This document shows positions 7,895 to 16,781 of a stretch of 64,000 nt of DNA, piece by piece. Every line of letters starts with the position of its first letter. The stretch's first letter is position 1. The notes under the pieces were generated by a model, which saw nothing but the letters and a program-made list of their open reading frames with translations, was not told the DNA's origin and ran no database searches. Source of the DNA: an uncultured archaeon (GTDB taxonomy: Archaea > Aenigmatarchaeota > Aenigmatarchaeia > CG10238-14 > SCSR01); the NCBI GenBank assembly GCA_964539655.1, contig CAZIJH010000004.1, forward strand, positions 14,925 to 78,924, given 5' to 3'. Made by a program: the position numbers and the translations under genes.

Positions 7895-8892
7895 TTGAAT
7901 GAAACTTCTTCCAAATTTTCATCGAGCGTGCATTCTTCTGGCAGCTTGTCCGTCCTTAATCTTTTGAAGGAAGGTGCCCTGAATTTCAGATTCCTGTTCA
8001 GGTGCAAAAATTCAACTTCGGCGACCAGTTCGGGCCTAACCCATTTCGTCTTGCTCAGGATGGAAGGTATTTCTTGGATTGGCTGGTCACCGAACGGATT
8101 TTTATCCGTCTCCAAATTTCTGACCTTGTCGGATATCGCGGAGTATCCCTGCTCGTCCAGTCCTGTGCCCACCCGGCCGAGATAGTGAAACTTCCTTTTG
8201 AAAAAAATTGCGCACAGCAGGGCCCCGAAGTATTTCGCCCGCCATCCTTCTCCTCTTGTGTACCCGACTATCACGCAATCGAGCGTCCGCAGAGTCTTGA
8301 ATTTTTTCCAGTCATTGGAACGTCGTCCTGTCTGGTAGCTCGAATCGATGCGCTTCGCCATCACTCCCTCGAAATTTTTCTCCTTTGCCAGTTTGAACAA
8401 TTTTTTCCCTTCGCCGAAAACGTGGAAAGATATCAGGAATATTTTGTTCGCTACTACTGTTTCCTGGAGGATTTTTTTCCTTTCCAAAATCGGAAGATCG
8501 GTCAAGTCCTTTCCGTCCTTGTGCAGAATGTCGAAGACGACATAAGTCGCTGGATAGATTTTGGACATCAGCTCTATCCTTGTCCTGTCTCCCGTAAGCT
8601 CCCTGCTCGCAAGCAATGAGAAATCGGGCTTCCCGTTTTTGAAAACTACTATCTCTCCGTCGAGGATGACGCGCTTTGCGTTTATGTCCTTCCATATGTT
8701 TTTGAATTCCGGATACCTTCCCTCGAAATAGTTGAACCTCCTGTTCAGCAGTTTGAGCGACTTGTTCTCCGTATCGATGTAGCTGATCGTCCTCGTGCCG
8801 TCGAACTTCAGCTCGAAAATGAATTTCTCGTCGTCGAACGGCTTTGAAATAAATGCCAGCATCGGTTTTATTTCTTGCCCCCACAGCGACAT
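7891..8892 (-). CDS. ATP-dependent DNA ligase (LigD-like ligase domain)
   Basis: Motif I ELKFDGTR (KxDGxR adenylation lysine), an OB-domain region, and a length typical of stand-alone LigD ligase domains. The track ORF starts at a TTG (8904); the first ATG gives MSLWGQ at 8892. Confidence 0.8.
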   Translation of the reverse strand: MSLWGQEIKPMLAFISKPFDDEKFIFELKFDGTRTISYIDTENKSLKLLNRRFNYFEGRYPEFKNIWKDINAKRVILDGEIVVFKNGKPDFSLLASRELTGDRTRIELMSKIYPATYVVFDILHKDGKDLTDLPILERKKILQETVVANKIFLISFHVFGEGKKLFKLAKEKNFEGVMAKRIDSSYQTGRRSNDWKKFKTLRTLDCVIVGYTRGEGWRAKYFGALLCAIFFKRKFHYLGRVGTGLDEQGYSAISDKVRNLETDKNPFGDQPIQEIPSILSKTKWVRPELVAEVEFLHLNRNLKFRAPSFKRLRTDKLPEECTLDENLEEVSFK

Positions 8893-8907
8893 TATAATCA
8901 ACAAAAA

Positions 8908-9699
8908 TTATTTTTTCCTTTTCTTTTTCGCGGATTCTACGCTGATCTTCAATGCCTCCATCAGATTCTTAGTCTCTGCAACCTTCTCTTCCTTGTACGC
9001 GAAAATCCTGCCTTCTGATTTTGCCTTTATCAAATCCTTCAACGCTTTTGTGTATGCGTCATTGAATCTTGACGCATCGAAATTTTCAACCACCAAATTT
9101 TCAACCAGCATCTTCGCGAGATCGAGTTCCTCTTTTTTTGTCTGGACCAATTCCTGAAGTTCCGGCAGCTCGTTGATGTTTCTGAGCTCGTCCGCGTAAT
9201 GCAGGATGTGCATGACAAGCCCGTTCTTGTACGGCCTCAGGGAAATGATGTATTCCTTGTCCCTCATCACGACTTTTCCGATCGCCGCCTTGTTTGTCAG
9301 CCTCATGACTTCGATGAAAAGCGAGTAGGCTTTTTCGCCCTGTTTGTCAGGCACGACATAATAAGATTTCTCGAAAAATATTGGATCTATCTGAGATACG
9401 TCAACGAATTCCTGCACGTCGATCATTTTTGTGGTCTTCGGCTTGACCTTCTGTATGTCATCCCTGCTTACGGCGACTATTTTATCTCTCGTTATCCTGT
9501 ATCCTTTCTCTATTTCGTTCCATTGCACCTCGTGCCCTTCAGGGCACCATCTCTTGTAGCTCAGCTGCTCATGATGCTCCTGACATAGCATGCTGAAATT
9601 TATTCTATTGTCGTCCGCCGCGGCGTACACCCTGACGGGTATTAGAACCATTCCGAATGATATGGAGCCTGTGAAGATCGCCCTCGCCACGTACGACAT
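8908..9699 (-). CDS. ku: Ku protein (non-homologous end joining)
   Basis: AIFTGSISFGMVLIPVRVY is the hallmark Ku N-terminus, with an acidic/basic C-terminal tail. The likely start MSYVARAI is at 9699; the track ORF extends to 9783. Confidence 0.8.
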   Translation of the reverse strand: MSYVARAIFTGSISFGMVLIPVRVYAAADDNRINFSMLCQEHHEQLSYKRWCPEGHEVQWNEIEKGYRITRDKIVAVSRDDIQKVKPKTTKMIDVQEFVDVSQIDPIFFEKSYYVVPDKQGEKAYSLFIEVMRLTNKAAIGKVVMRDKEYIISLRPYKNGLVMHILHYADELRNINELPELQELVQTKKEELDLAKMLVENLVVENFDASRFNDAYTKALKDLIKAKSEGRIFAYKEEKVAETKNLMEALKISVESAKKKRKK

Positions 9700-9802
9700 C
9701 GGCACGATCTTTTTTCCCTGAGCCACCGCTATTAGAGTGATGGAATTCGGATATAAAATTTTTCTTAAAATAAGATGGGACAACGCGTCATTTGATTAAA
9801 TT

Positions 9803-10447
9803 TTATTCTCCGGACCATTCCTGCTGCCTGTCGAATAAGATGTCGTGGTATTCCCAGTACTTGCCTTGCTCGCCGGCGCACTTGCTAGCTTCCGCTGCCT
9901 GGTACGACAGCTTGTGGAAGTTCAGCGGGAAATCCCTGTAATAGATTTTCACTTTGCCTTCGTAGTCCTGCAAAATCTGTTTCAACGTCAATTCTGCTTT
10001 CGCGCAGAACGGGCACTGGTAGTCAGAAAATTCAACGATTGTGACGTTTGCATTCGCTGACCCGAGCGGCGGATTCGTTCCTGTCCCTATCTGTGGATTT
10101 GCTGACGGATTCGAGAGTTCCGAATCGATTATTGATTTGAAATTTTCCAAAGGAACCGCGCCGACAAGATTTTTTCCGTTGATGAAAAATGTCGGGGTGC
10201 CTTCCACTCCATATGATTTCCCGTCACTGATATCGCTCTGTATTTCGGAATTGTATTTGTTTGTTGTCAGGCAAGTGCTGAATTGGTCTACGTCAAGTCC
10301 GAGTTCGCTTGCATACTGCCCGAATTTTGGAGAGATGACTGCGGGCTTCTGCTGCTGAAGTAAAAAGTATCCGCTGACGATTATCGTTAACAATATTAGT
10401 AATCCGACGTAGTGCTGGATTTTCAATTTCATTTTATCAATACTCAT
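9803..10447 (-). CDS. DsbA-like thiol:disulfide oxidoreductase, membrane-anchored, apparently circularly permuted
   Basis: N-terminal TM anchor. Then come the C-terminal-type DsbA elements (ELGLDVDQF...GVEGTPTFFINGK), a Pro/Gly-rich linker, and only then the N-terminal-type element VTIVEFSDYQCPFCAKAE with its CxxC, followed by the start of the helical domain. Confidence 0.75.
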   Translation of the reverse strand: MSIDKMKLKIQHYVGLLILLTIIVSGYFLLQQQKPAVISPKFGQYASELGLDVDQFSTCLTTNKYNSEIQSDISDGKSYGVEGTPTFFINGKNLVGAVPLENFKSIIDSELSNPSANPQIGTGTNPPLGSANANVTIVEFSDYQCPFCAKAELTLKQILQDYEGKVKIYYRDFPLNFHKLSYQAAEASKCAGEQGKYWEYHDILFDRQQEWSGE

Positions 10448-10473
10448 TGACGACGTGCTTGCTTAAATCTTAT

Positions 10474-10722
10474 TCAAAAGCATTGCTGGTATCTGTCAGG
10501 ATGGTGTGACATGTGCTCCTGCCATTCCGCGTCCGTGTATCCCGCGGGAGTCTGGCATATGTCGTTCGAGTTCTCGCTCGATATGGCTTTCTGGTAATTC
10601 AGGCCGTACTTGCCGAATACAAAAGTGTATGCGACTATGGAAAAAACAACGATGGTAATTATCAGAATTGCAGTCGTCATGGATACGGTCTTTTCTGATT
10701 TTTTCTTTTTCATATTACACAA
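10474..10722 (-). CDS. small membrane/secreted protein
   Basis: 82 aa with one TM helix and a His-rich C-terminus (HMSHHPDRYQQC). Confidence 0.35.
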   Translation of the reverse strand: MCNMKKKKSEKTVSMTTAILIITIVVFSIVAYTFVFGKYGLNYQKAISSENSNDICQTPAGYTDAEWQEHMSHHPDRYQQCF

Positions 10723-11110
10723 CTCCCAACGGAACTATATTCGCGTACAGCGATATGAAGCTTGCAACCATCACGAAGATGTTGAACGCCAGCCAGAAAT
10801 TTTGGCTACCCGTGAACTTCATTTTGCACGTTTTCTTTTTCCACATGTAAAATCCGATCGCCACGCTAGCGGAGGCAAGTCCCATTATCGAGAAGAACAG
10901 GCTGTAATCCTGCAAAAAAAGCAGCGGCATCCCAGTGACCACTATCCCGAAAGTTGCCAGAAAAACAATCACCACTTCGCATGCGACATGACAGATATTA
11001 TGCAAGCCGAGTATTCCCAGTCCTCCGCTAACTCCGCCAAAGATTCCGATGCTTTTCGTTTCCTTGATTTCATTTTTGCCTCTCGGCTTTTTTATTTTTC
11101 CATGCAGCAT
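10715..11110 (-). CDS. integral membrane protein with a Cys pair (CHVAC)
   Basis: 131 aa with 3-4 predicted TM helices, in a thiol-redox/metal neighbourhood. Confidence 0.4.
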   Translation of the reverse strand: MLHGKIKKPRGKNEIKETKSIGIFGGVSGGLGILGLHNICHVACEVVIVFLATFGIVVTGMPLLFLQDYSLFFSIMGLASASVAIGFYMWKKKTCKMKFTGSQNFWLAFNIFVMVASFISLYANIVPLGVV

Positions 11111-11210
11111 ACTACCACGTCTTCCAGAGTTTTTTTCAATTTCGCAGCCCAGCTTTTATTTTTCTTTTTCTCGATTTTTTTCTTCAGATTTTCAAGCATC
11201 GACATTCAAA

Positions 11211-11609
11211 TCATTCCTCTTTAGAGTTGGGCTTGTTCAAACACCAGAACAGGCTGTACAGGTCGAACGCGCTCTTCTCAAGTTTCATCGCTTCGTTGTT
11301 GTCCTTTCCCATGTACTTCGTCGAGCTCTCCATCAGGCGCATTGTCGCAGAGAGCAAGTGCTTGCTTATGCACCAGAGCTCCCCGTTCGGAGAGCCGATC
11401 AGTTTTTTTAAAAGTTCTACGCGAAGCTTGCGCACTTCCTGCAGAACGTCGAGGTACATGTCGTTCCCCGTCTTCATAGAAGTGAACGCGAGATGCTCCT
11501 CGACTGCGATGAGATTCATAATCGCTATGCTCAGGTCTTCCTTGTAAGTAAGGTCGACCTTTGCCTCGTCCGATATTTTTTTGTTGTCTTCCTCGCTCAA
11601 GCCGTCCAC
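11211..11609 (-). CDS. hypothetical protein
   Basis: 132 aa, acidic, no motif. Confidence 0.4.
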   Translation of the reverse strand: MDGLSEEDNKKISDEAKVDLTYKEDLSIAIMNLIAVEEHLAFTSMKTGNDMYLDVLQEVRKLRVELLKKLIGSPNGELWCISKHLLSATMRLMESSTKYMGKDNNEAMKLEKSAFDLYSLFWCLNKPNSKEE

Positions 11610-12148
11610 CCCATTGCATAAAACATCCCGGCGCTTATCGAAAGCAGAGCTATGGCGAGTACGATCGCCTGGAACGGAACGTAATTTTTGTTCCCGTTAT
11701 TTTTTCTCAACATATCATGCAACGCGAACGCCGCAACTGTGACAACGCTTCCGATAGTCGCCCCGACAAACAATTTGTCAATACCGAAAAGCATGAACTT
11801 AGGGACGCTACTGCCAAGGAACCCTGCGAAATAAAATGTCGCGACAACCGATATGTACGACAAAAGGATTATTATCGGGAGCTGGAATTTGATGTAGCCG
11901 CTTCCTTTGGATTTTTTGTTCAGCCAGTTGTTGATCCAGTAGCCCGTCGATATTATCAGCCCGCCTACGAAAGTGCTGACAATAAGATCGTCGATTCCGT
12001 ACCATCTAGCCGCCAGGACGGCCGCTCCGGTCGCCGCAGTGCAAAGAGGGCAGTGCGCCATGACGAAATTGGAAAATAGAGGTATCGATAACAGAGAAGA
12101 AATTAAGAAAATTCCAAACATTGCAATTTTGTTTTTTGTTTTTTCCAT
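11597..12148 (-). CDS. integral membrane protein with a CPLC motif
   Basis: Likely start MEKTKNK at 12148; the track ORF carries a spurious N-terminal extension. Multi-TM, with a HCPLCTAATGAA motif. Confidence 0.5.
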   Translation of the reverse strand: MEKTKNKIAMFGIFLISSLLSIPLFSNFVMAHCPLCTAATGAAVLAARWYGIDDLIVSTFVGGLIISTGYWINNWLNKKSKGSGYIKFQLPIIILLSYISVVATFYFAGFLGSSVPKFMLFGIDKLFVGATIGSVVTVAAFALHDMLRKNNGNKNYVPFQAIVLAIALLSISAGMFYAMGWTA

Positions 12149-12162
12149 TTCTAGTTCACCTT

Positions 12163-12336
12163 TTAATGGCAGCAGTTCGAGTGGTCGTGATGATCGCCCG
12201 ACTTTCCCTGGAATTCTTTCACGCATTCCTCGCTGCAGAATTTCTTGCCCTCTGCTTCGATCGCTTTCATGTCCTTCGTGATCTTCATCTTGCACACAGG
12301 GCAAGTTGCATTTCCGAAACTTATTCCGAATACCAT
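12163..12336 (-). CDS. small TRASH/YHS-like metal-binding protein (57 aa)
   Basis: Unlisted ORF MVFGISFGNATCPVCKMKITKDMKAIEAEGKKFCSEECVKEFQGKSGDHHDHSNCCH. It has CPVC...FCSEEC spacing like TRASH/YHS domains and a His/Cys-rich tail. An RBS-like GGTGA lies upstream. Confidence 0.55.
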   Translation of the reverse strand: MVFGISFGNATCPVCKMKITKDMKAIEAEGKKFCSEECVKEFQGKSGDHHDHSNCCH

Positions 12337-12348
12337 TCTTGTTTCACC

Positions 12349-12783
12349 TTAGTGCATGCTGTCCATGCTCGGAGTAGCGATTGTTCTTGTTATTTTCGCG
12401 TTTCCTTCCGAGTCAAGTATGTCGAGGAACACCTTTTCCTCACCGTACATGTGAAGGCAGGGCTGTACCGCCATCCTGTGTGAGTAATGGAAATTGAGCA
12501 CGCCGAATTCCTTGGTCCTGATTCCGGCATCGCATTGGGTAACGTCGTTACCTATGCAATTTGCGTCGTATGTCGTGAATCCCTCAACGGTTCCTGGAAC
12601 GAGATTCTTTCCGTCCGTGATTTTTCCCATGAAAATGTTCAACGGATTGTCACCAGGATTTCCCTGATAGGAGCTCATTCCAGTCGGAACGTATATCTTC
12701 GTCAGCATGTAGCCAGTTACCGCTACCAGCACGACTATCACTACCAAGCTTATCGCAGTGCTGTTCTTGAGTTCGATTTTCAT
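12349..12783 (-). CDS. secreted/membrane-anchored hypothetical protein
   Basis: 144 aa with an N-terminal TM/signal segment and several Cys and His residues. Confidence 0.45.
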   Translation of the reverse strand: MKIELKNSTAISLVVIVVLVAVTGYMLTKIYVPTGMSSYQGNPGDNPLNIFMGKITDGKNLVPGTVEGFTTYDANCIGNDVTQCDAGIRTKEFGVLNFHYSHRMAVQPCLHMYGEEKVFLDILDSEGNAKITRTIATPSMDSMH

Positions 12784-12849
12784 AACAAATTGATTAAAAA
12801 AACAGCATATAAAATAATATGTGAAACTAGTTTCACCTAGTAATTCATT

Positions 12850-13338
12850 TTATTTTGTCACAATTACGTTTGACATTCCTCTTCTTCTTCTTTCAACAAG
12901 TCCTTTGGTTTCTAATTTATCAAGCAAACGGGTGACTTTCACTTTATTCATTCCACTTCTTTCTACCAACTCATTCTGAAAAATAAGTCCGTCACTGTTT
13001 CCGATAAGTTCGTAGATTTTTTTCTCGTCTCCTTCAAGATTTTTCACAACTTTTTTCCATCTCTGCTGGCTTTCGACAACAGTTCTTTCAGACTGCCTTC
13101 TGCTCAAAATCAGCAAGGCTCCAAATCCGCCGAGACCGAAATCAACTATGTATCCGAGCACAGCGGGAATCGGTATGTTCGCCCTGAAGGGGCATATGTT
13201 GTCGGGCAGATCGCAGTCCTTGTGCAGAAGGGCCTGCAAAGAAAGTATCTCGTTCACCATGAAGGAATGTATAAGGAAAATCGTAACGGCTATCCCAATG
13301 AGCATCCATCCTATAGTTTTCGAGTTAATTGATTCCAT
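12850..13338 (-). CDS. membrane-anchored winged-helix transcriptional regulator
   Basis: Two N-terminal TM helices plus a C-terminal wHTH (IYELIGNSDGLIFQNELVERSGMNKVKVTRLLDKLETKGLVERRRRG). Confidence 0.55.
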   Translation of the reverse strand: MESINSKTIGWMLIGIAVTIFLIHSFMVNEILSLQALLHKDCDLPDNICPFRANIPIPAVLGYIVDFGLGGFGALLILSRRQSERTVVESQQRWKKVVKNLEGDEKKIYELIGNSDGLIFQNELVERSGMNKVKVTRLLDKLETKGLVERRRRGMSNVIVTK

Positions 13339-13380
13339 ATTTCTACCTCGTTAACATCAGTATAAAAGCTTTTAGAAATT

Positions 13381-13863
13381 TTGTTCGCCCCGTTTTTCCA
13401 TCAAGCATTTAAAATTAATTTTCGGTTTATTTTAACAATAGCTATGCCAGTGATAACGAAAAGTCCCGAAATTCAGCTTTACAATCTTGAAGAAATAAAA
13501 TTTCCGAAAGACTTCCCGACGAACGGGAATTCGTCCATAGGAAAAATATTGGACAGCATCGGCAACAGATGGGGAGCAAATATCTTGTTGGCTTCCGATA
13601 TATACCGCAAGCCACATGTTTTGAGATTCGACGACGCGTTATACGATTTTACATCGAGATACAATACGGTACCCACGTTGCAGCAAGTACCTCAGTCAAA
13701 TTACAATTGGCTTTGGTTCAGGGGCAAAGCGACATGCTTCCTGACATTGAAAGACATGGAAGTCGCTCAGGAAAAGGCGCAGGACCCGAAAAAAAACGCC
13801 GATTTTTGCGATGTGCGAGAAATTGGACAAGTACAGAAAAGAAATCGCCGTATGGAAGATTGA
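13381..13863 (+). CDS. hypothetical protein
   Basis: 160-aa ORF. The probable start is the internal MPVITK at 13444. Confidence 0.35.
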   Translation: MFAPFFHQAFKINFRFILTIAMPVITKSPEIQLYNLEEIKFPKDFPTNGNSSIGKILDSIGNRWGANILLASDIYRKPHVLRFDDALYDFTSRYNTVPTLQQVPQSNYNWLWFRGKATCFLTLKDMEVAQEKAQDPKKNADFCDVREIGQVQKRNRRMED

Positions 13864-13944
13864 CGAGGACAGATTGGGGGTGTTGATTAGTCCGAGCGGA
13901 TTGGCAAAGCCTTTCAGGATTACAAAAAATTAATTATCCAACTT

Positions 13945-16023
13945 TTAATTTCTCAACTTTGGCTTGTATCTTCTCATCAGCAAAGAATTGCCCACAACCG
14001 ACACGGAACTGAAAGCCATGGCAGCTCCCGCGATTATCGGGCTCAGCAGGAATCCGAAGAACGGATACAAAATTCCGGCCGCAATCGGTATGCCCGCAGT
14101 GTTGTACGCGAATGCGAAGAAAAGATTCTGTTTTATTTTCCTGATGGTGTACGCGCTCAAATCGATCGCAGTCACGACATCCCTCAAATCATTTTTGATA
14201 AGTACTATTTCTCCGGTCTCCATCGCGATGTCCGTCCCGCTTCCGATTGCGATTCCGACGTCGGCTTGTGCCAACATCGGTGCGTCGTTTATTCCGTCGC
14301 CTACGGTCGCAACCTTGTGTCCCTGCTCCTGAATTTTCTTTACGGCTTCGGATTTTTCTCCGGGAAGAACGTTGGCCATCACGTCGCTCATTTCCAATCC
14401 TATCTGCTTCGCTATTGCTGCGGCCGTCCTTTCGTTGTCTCCCGTGATCATCATGACTCTTTTTTTCATTTTTTTCAGTTCCTGGATCGCCTCGCTTGAA
14501 AATTGTTTCAAGGTGTCCGCTACAGCGATTGATCCGATGAGCTTCTTGTCGTACGCGACGAGTATCGGAGTCTTCCCCTCGTTCTCAAGTTTTTGCATAC
14601 TGTTCTCTATCTCCGAAGTTTCGATTCCGATCTCTTTCATGATGGCCCTGTTTCCCACCAGTATCTGCCTGTTGTTGTAGACCGCCTCGATCCCTTTTCC
14701 GGCATGAGTCTTGAATGAATTCGCGTCGGGGATTTTTTTGTTTGTCTCGCTAACTTTCTTGACGATCGCCTCTCCGATGGGATGCTCGCTTCCCTTTTCG
14801 ACGATTGCTGCATAAAGAAGAACGTCTTTCTCCTCGTGCCTTCCCATCACAATCACGTCGGTGACTTCGGGCTCGCCTTTCGTCAGGGTTCCCGTCTTGT
14901 CGAAGACTACCGTGTCAATCTGATTCGCAGTTTCCAAAGCCTCGCCGCTCTTTATCAAAATTCCGTTGTTGGCGCCAAGCTCAGTTCCGACAAGTATTGC
15001 GGTCGGCGTGGCCACTCCGAGAGCGCACGGGCATGCGATTATCAACACCGCGATGAAAATCGTGAGCGCGAAAATAAAATTACCCGATAGGAAATACCAA
15101 ACGAGCGCGGAAATTATTGCAATCGCGACGACTGTCGGTACAAAATACGATGAAACTTTGTCGGCGAGATTCTGTATCGGGGCTTTCGACGTCTGGGCTT
15201 CGTGGACAATTTTGATTATGTTCGCGAGCACAGTGTTCTCTCCGACCTTAGTCGCGCGGAATTTCAAAAGTCCGGATTTGTTTATCGTTGATCCTATCAC
15301 CTCGTCGCCTTTCTTCTTCTCGACAGGCATGCTTTCCCCGGTTATCATGCTCTCGTCTACGGCCGAGCTTCCTTCAATTATGATTCCGTCGACAGCAATC
15401 TTCTCCCCGGCTTTCACGATTACCGTGTCGTCGACTTTCACTTCCTCGATCGGAATGACAATTTCTTTTCCGTCGCGTATCACGGTGGCTGTCTTCGCCT
15501 GCAGACCCATCAGCTTTTTTATCGATTCTGATGCTTTCCCTTTCGCGATCTCCTCCAAAAATTTTCCCGTGAGAATAAGCGTGATGATGATCACCGAGGC
15601 GTCAAAGTAAACTTCGCCCATTGGAAAAAATGACGGAAAAAACGTGATAACTGTACTGTAAAGCCATGCTGCGGTAGTTCCTATTGCAATCAAAGTGTCC
15701 ATATTCGCAGTCATCGCGCGAAGGGCGTCGTACATTCCCTTGTAAAATCTCCATCCGGCTACGAATTGTATCGGAGTTGCGAGAAGGAACAGAACGTAAT
15801 TTTCGTATGGTATGTCAACCGCGAAAGATATTGCAATAACAGGAATCGATATGAGAATTCCAACTATCACGAGAGTTTTCAATTTCTTGAATTCGTCCTC
15901 CGGCTTCTCGTAAGTTTTCAGGCACTGTTCGGAGCAGAAATAAAGCGTCTTGCCGTCTACGACTTTTTTGTAAACTGCTTTGTTCTCGTCGACATGCATT
16001 CCGCAGACAGGGTCTATTGCCAT
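13945..16023 (-). CDS. copA: copper-translocating P-type ATPase (P1B type)
   Basis: N-terminal TRASH-like CGMHV metal-binding segment, CPC in TM6 (IIACPCALGVATP), DKTGTLT, GDGINDAP, and 692 aa. Confidence 0.9.
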   Translation of the reverse strand: MAIDPVCGMHVDENKAVYKKVVDGKTLYFCSEQCLKTYEKPEDEFKKLKTLVIVGILISIPVIAISFAVDIPYENYVLFLLATPIQFVAGWRFYKGMYDALRAMTANMDTLIAIGTTAAWLYSTVITFFPSFFPMGEVYFDASVIIITLILTGKFLEEIAKGKASESIKKLMGLQAKTATVIRDGKEIVIPIEEVKVDDTVIVKAGEKIAVDGIIIEGSSAVDESMITGESMPVEKKKGDEVIGSTINKSGLLKFRATKVGENTVLANIIKIVHEAQTSKAPIQNLADKVSSYFVPTVVAIAIISALVWYFLSGNFIFALTIFIAVLIIACPCALGVATPTAILVGTELGANNGILIKSGEALETANQIDTVVFDKTGTLTKGEPEVTDVIVMGRHEEKDVLLYAAIVEKGSEHPIGEAIVKKVSETNKKIPDANSFKTHAGKGIEAVYNNRQILVGNRAIMKEIGIETSEIENSMQKLENEGKTPILVAYDKKLIGSIAVADTLKQFSSEAIQELKKMKKRVMMITGDNERTAAAIAKQIGLEMSDVMANVLPGEKSEAVKKIQEQGHKVATVGDGINDAPMLAQADVGIAIGSGTDIAMETGEIVLIKNDLRDVVTAIDLSAYTIRKIKQNLFFAFAYNTAGIPIAAGILYPFFGFLLSPIIAGAAMAFSSVSVVGNSLLMRRYKPKLRN

Positions 16024-16113
16024 AAAATATAATATTGTTATATTTCCTTAATAAATCATTAGCAAAATAAAATGGCTTAAGATTGTTGACTACAATGATT
16101 ATTACTGATTATC

Positions 16114-16416
16114 ATGATGCACCAGATCGTAAAGAAAAAAGATGACTGGCGCACGCACAGCAGGAACATGTTCATCCAGGACGAGGTCGTAAAATTTACA
16201 AGGGCTTTCAGGGACAATTTTTTCACTCTTATCATTTCTTCGTTCGGTCTGTTGGTCGCTCTTAGCTGGAACAATTTCTGGACGACATGGGTAAATTCTC
16301 TTTCTCCCGAAAGTGGCATACCTTACAAGTTTATCATTGCGATCACCATGACGGTGCTCGCGGTCATCTTCACTTATTTATTTTCAAGAATAAAGGAATC
16401 AACAAGACACAAATGA
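16114..16416 (+). CDS. small membrane protein (DUF5654-like), paralogue of 4453..4725
   Basis: FFTLIISSFGLLVALSWNNFW core and a C-terminal TM helix. Confidence 0.45.
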   Translation: MMHQIVKKKDDWRTHSRNMFIQDEVVKFTRAFRDNFFTLIISSFGLLVALSWNNFWTTWVNSLSPESGIPYKFIIAITMTVLAVIFTYLFSRIKESTRHK

Positions 16417-16459
16417 AAATTTCATCTGATATTTAAAATCATATTTTCAAAAATCGATT

Positions 16460-16774
16460 ATGAGTTTAGTGCTAGGTTCGTTGAGAGGAAAGAAATCTAG
16501 AAGCACGTATGACGTACTCATGTACGAGAAGAGAATTGTGGGCATAGCTAATTGGAAGAGCAGCCAGAGAACTATTTTGGACAATCTGAAATTGATAATG
16601 GAGGATGTGAGCGACGTAGAAGAAGCTTTGATGATTGGCAGAAATTTCGGCCATGAAATAAGGACTTTGGCTAACAAGTACTCTCAAAACGGCTACAAGA
16701 TAAGATTGGTAGATATCGACGGATATGCGAACGTTCCTATTACAAAAATTCTCGAAATGGTCACGAGAAACTAA
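16460..16774 (+). CDS. hypothetical protein
   Basis: 104-aa ORF, no motif. Confidence 0.4.
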   Translation: MSLVLGSLRGKKSRSTYDVLMYEKRIVGIANWKSSQRTILDNLKLIMEDVSDVEEALMIGRNFGHEIRTLANKYSQNGYKIRLVDIDGYANVPITKILEMVTRN

Positions 16775-16781
16775 ATGATTT

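Noticed and set aside
11278-11619. 113-aa Arg-rich minus-strand ORF and 10610..11224 plus-strand ORF in the membrane-protein region
   Set aside because: They are shadow frames overlapping better-supported co-oriented membrane-protein genes, with extreme Arg/Gln/His composition.
14966-15610. 214-aa plus-strand ORF inside copA
   Set aside because: It is antisense to CopA, which has unambiguous motifs. It is hydrophobic and Ser-rich and low-complexity.
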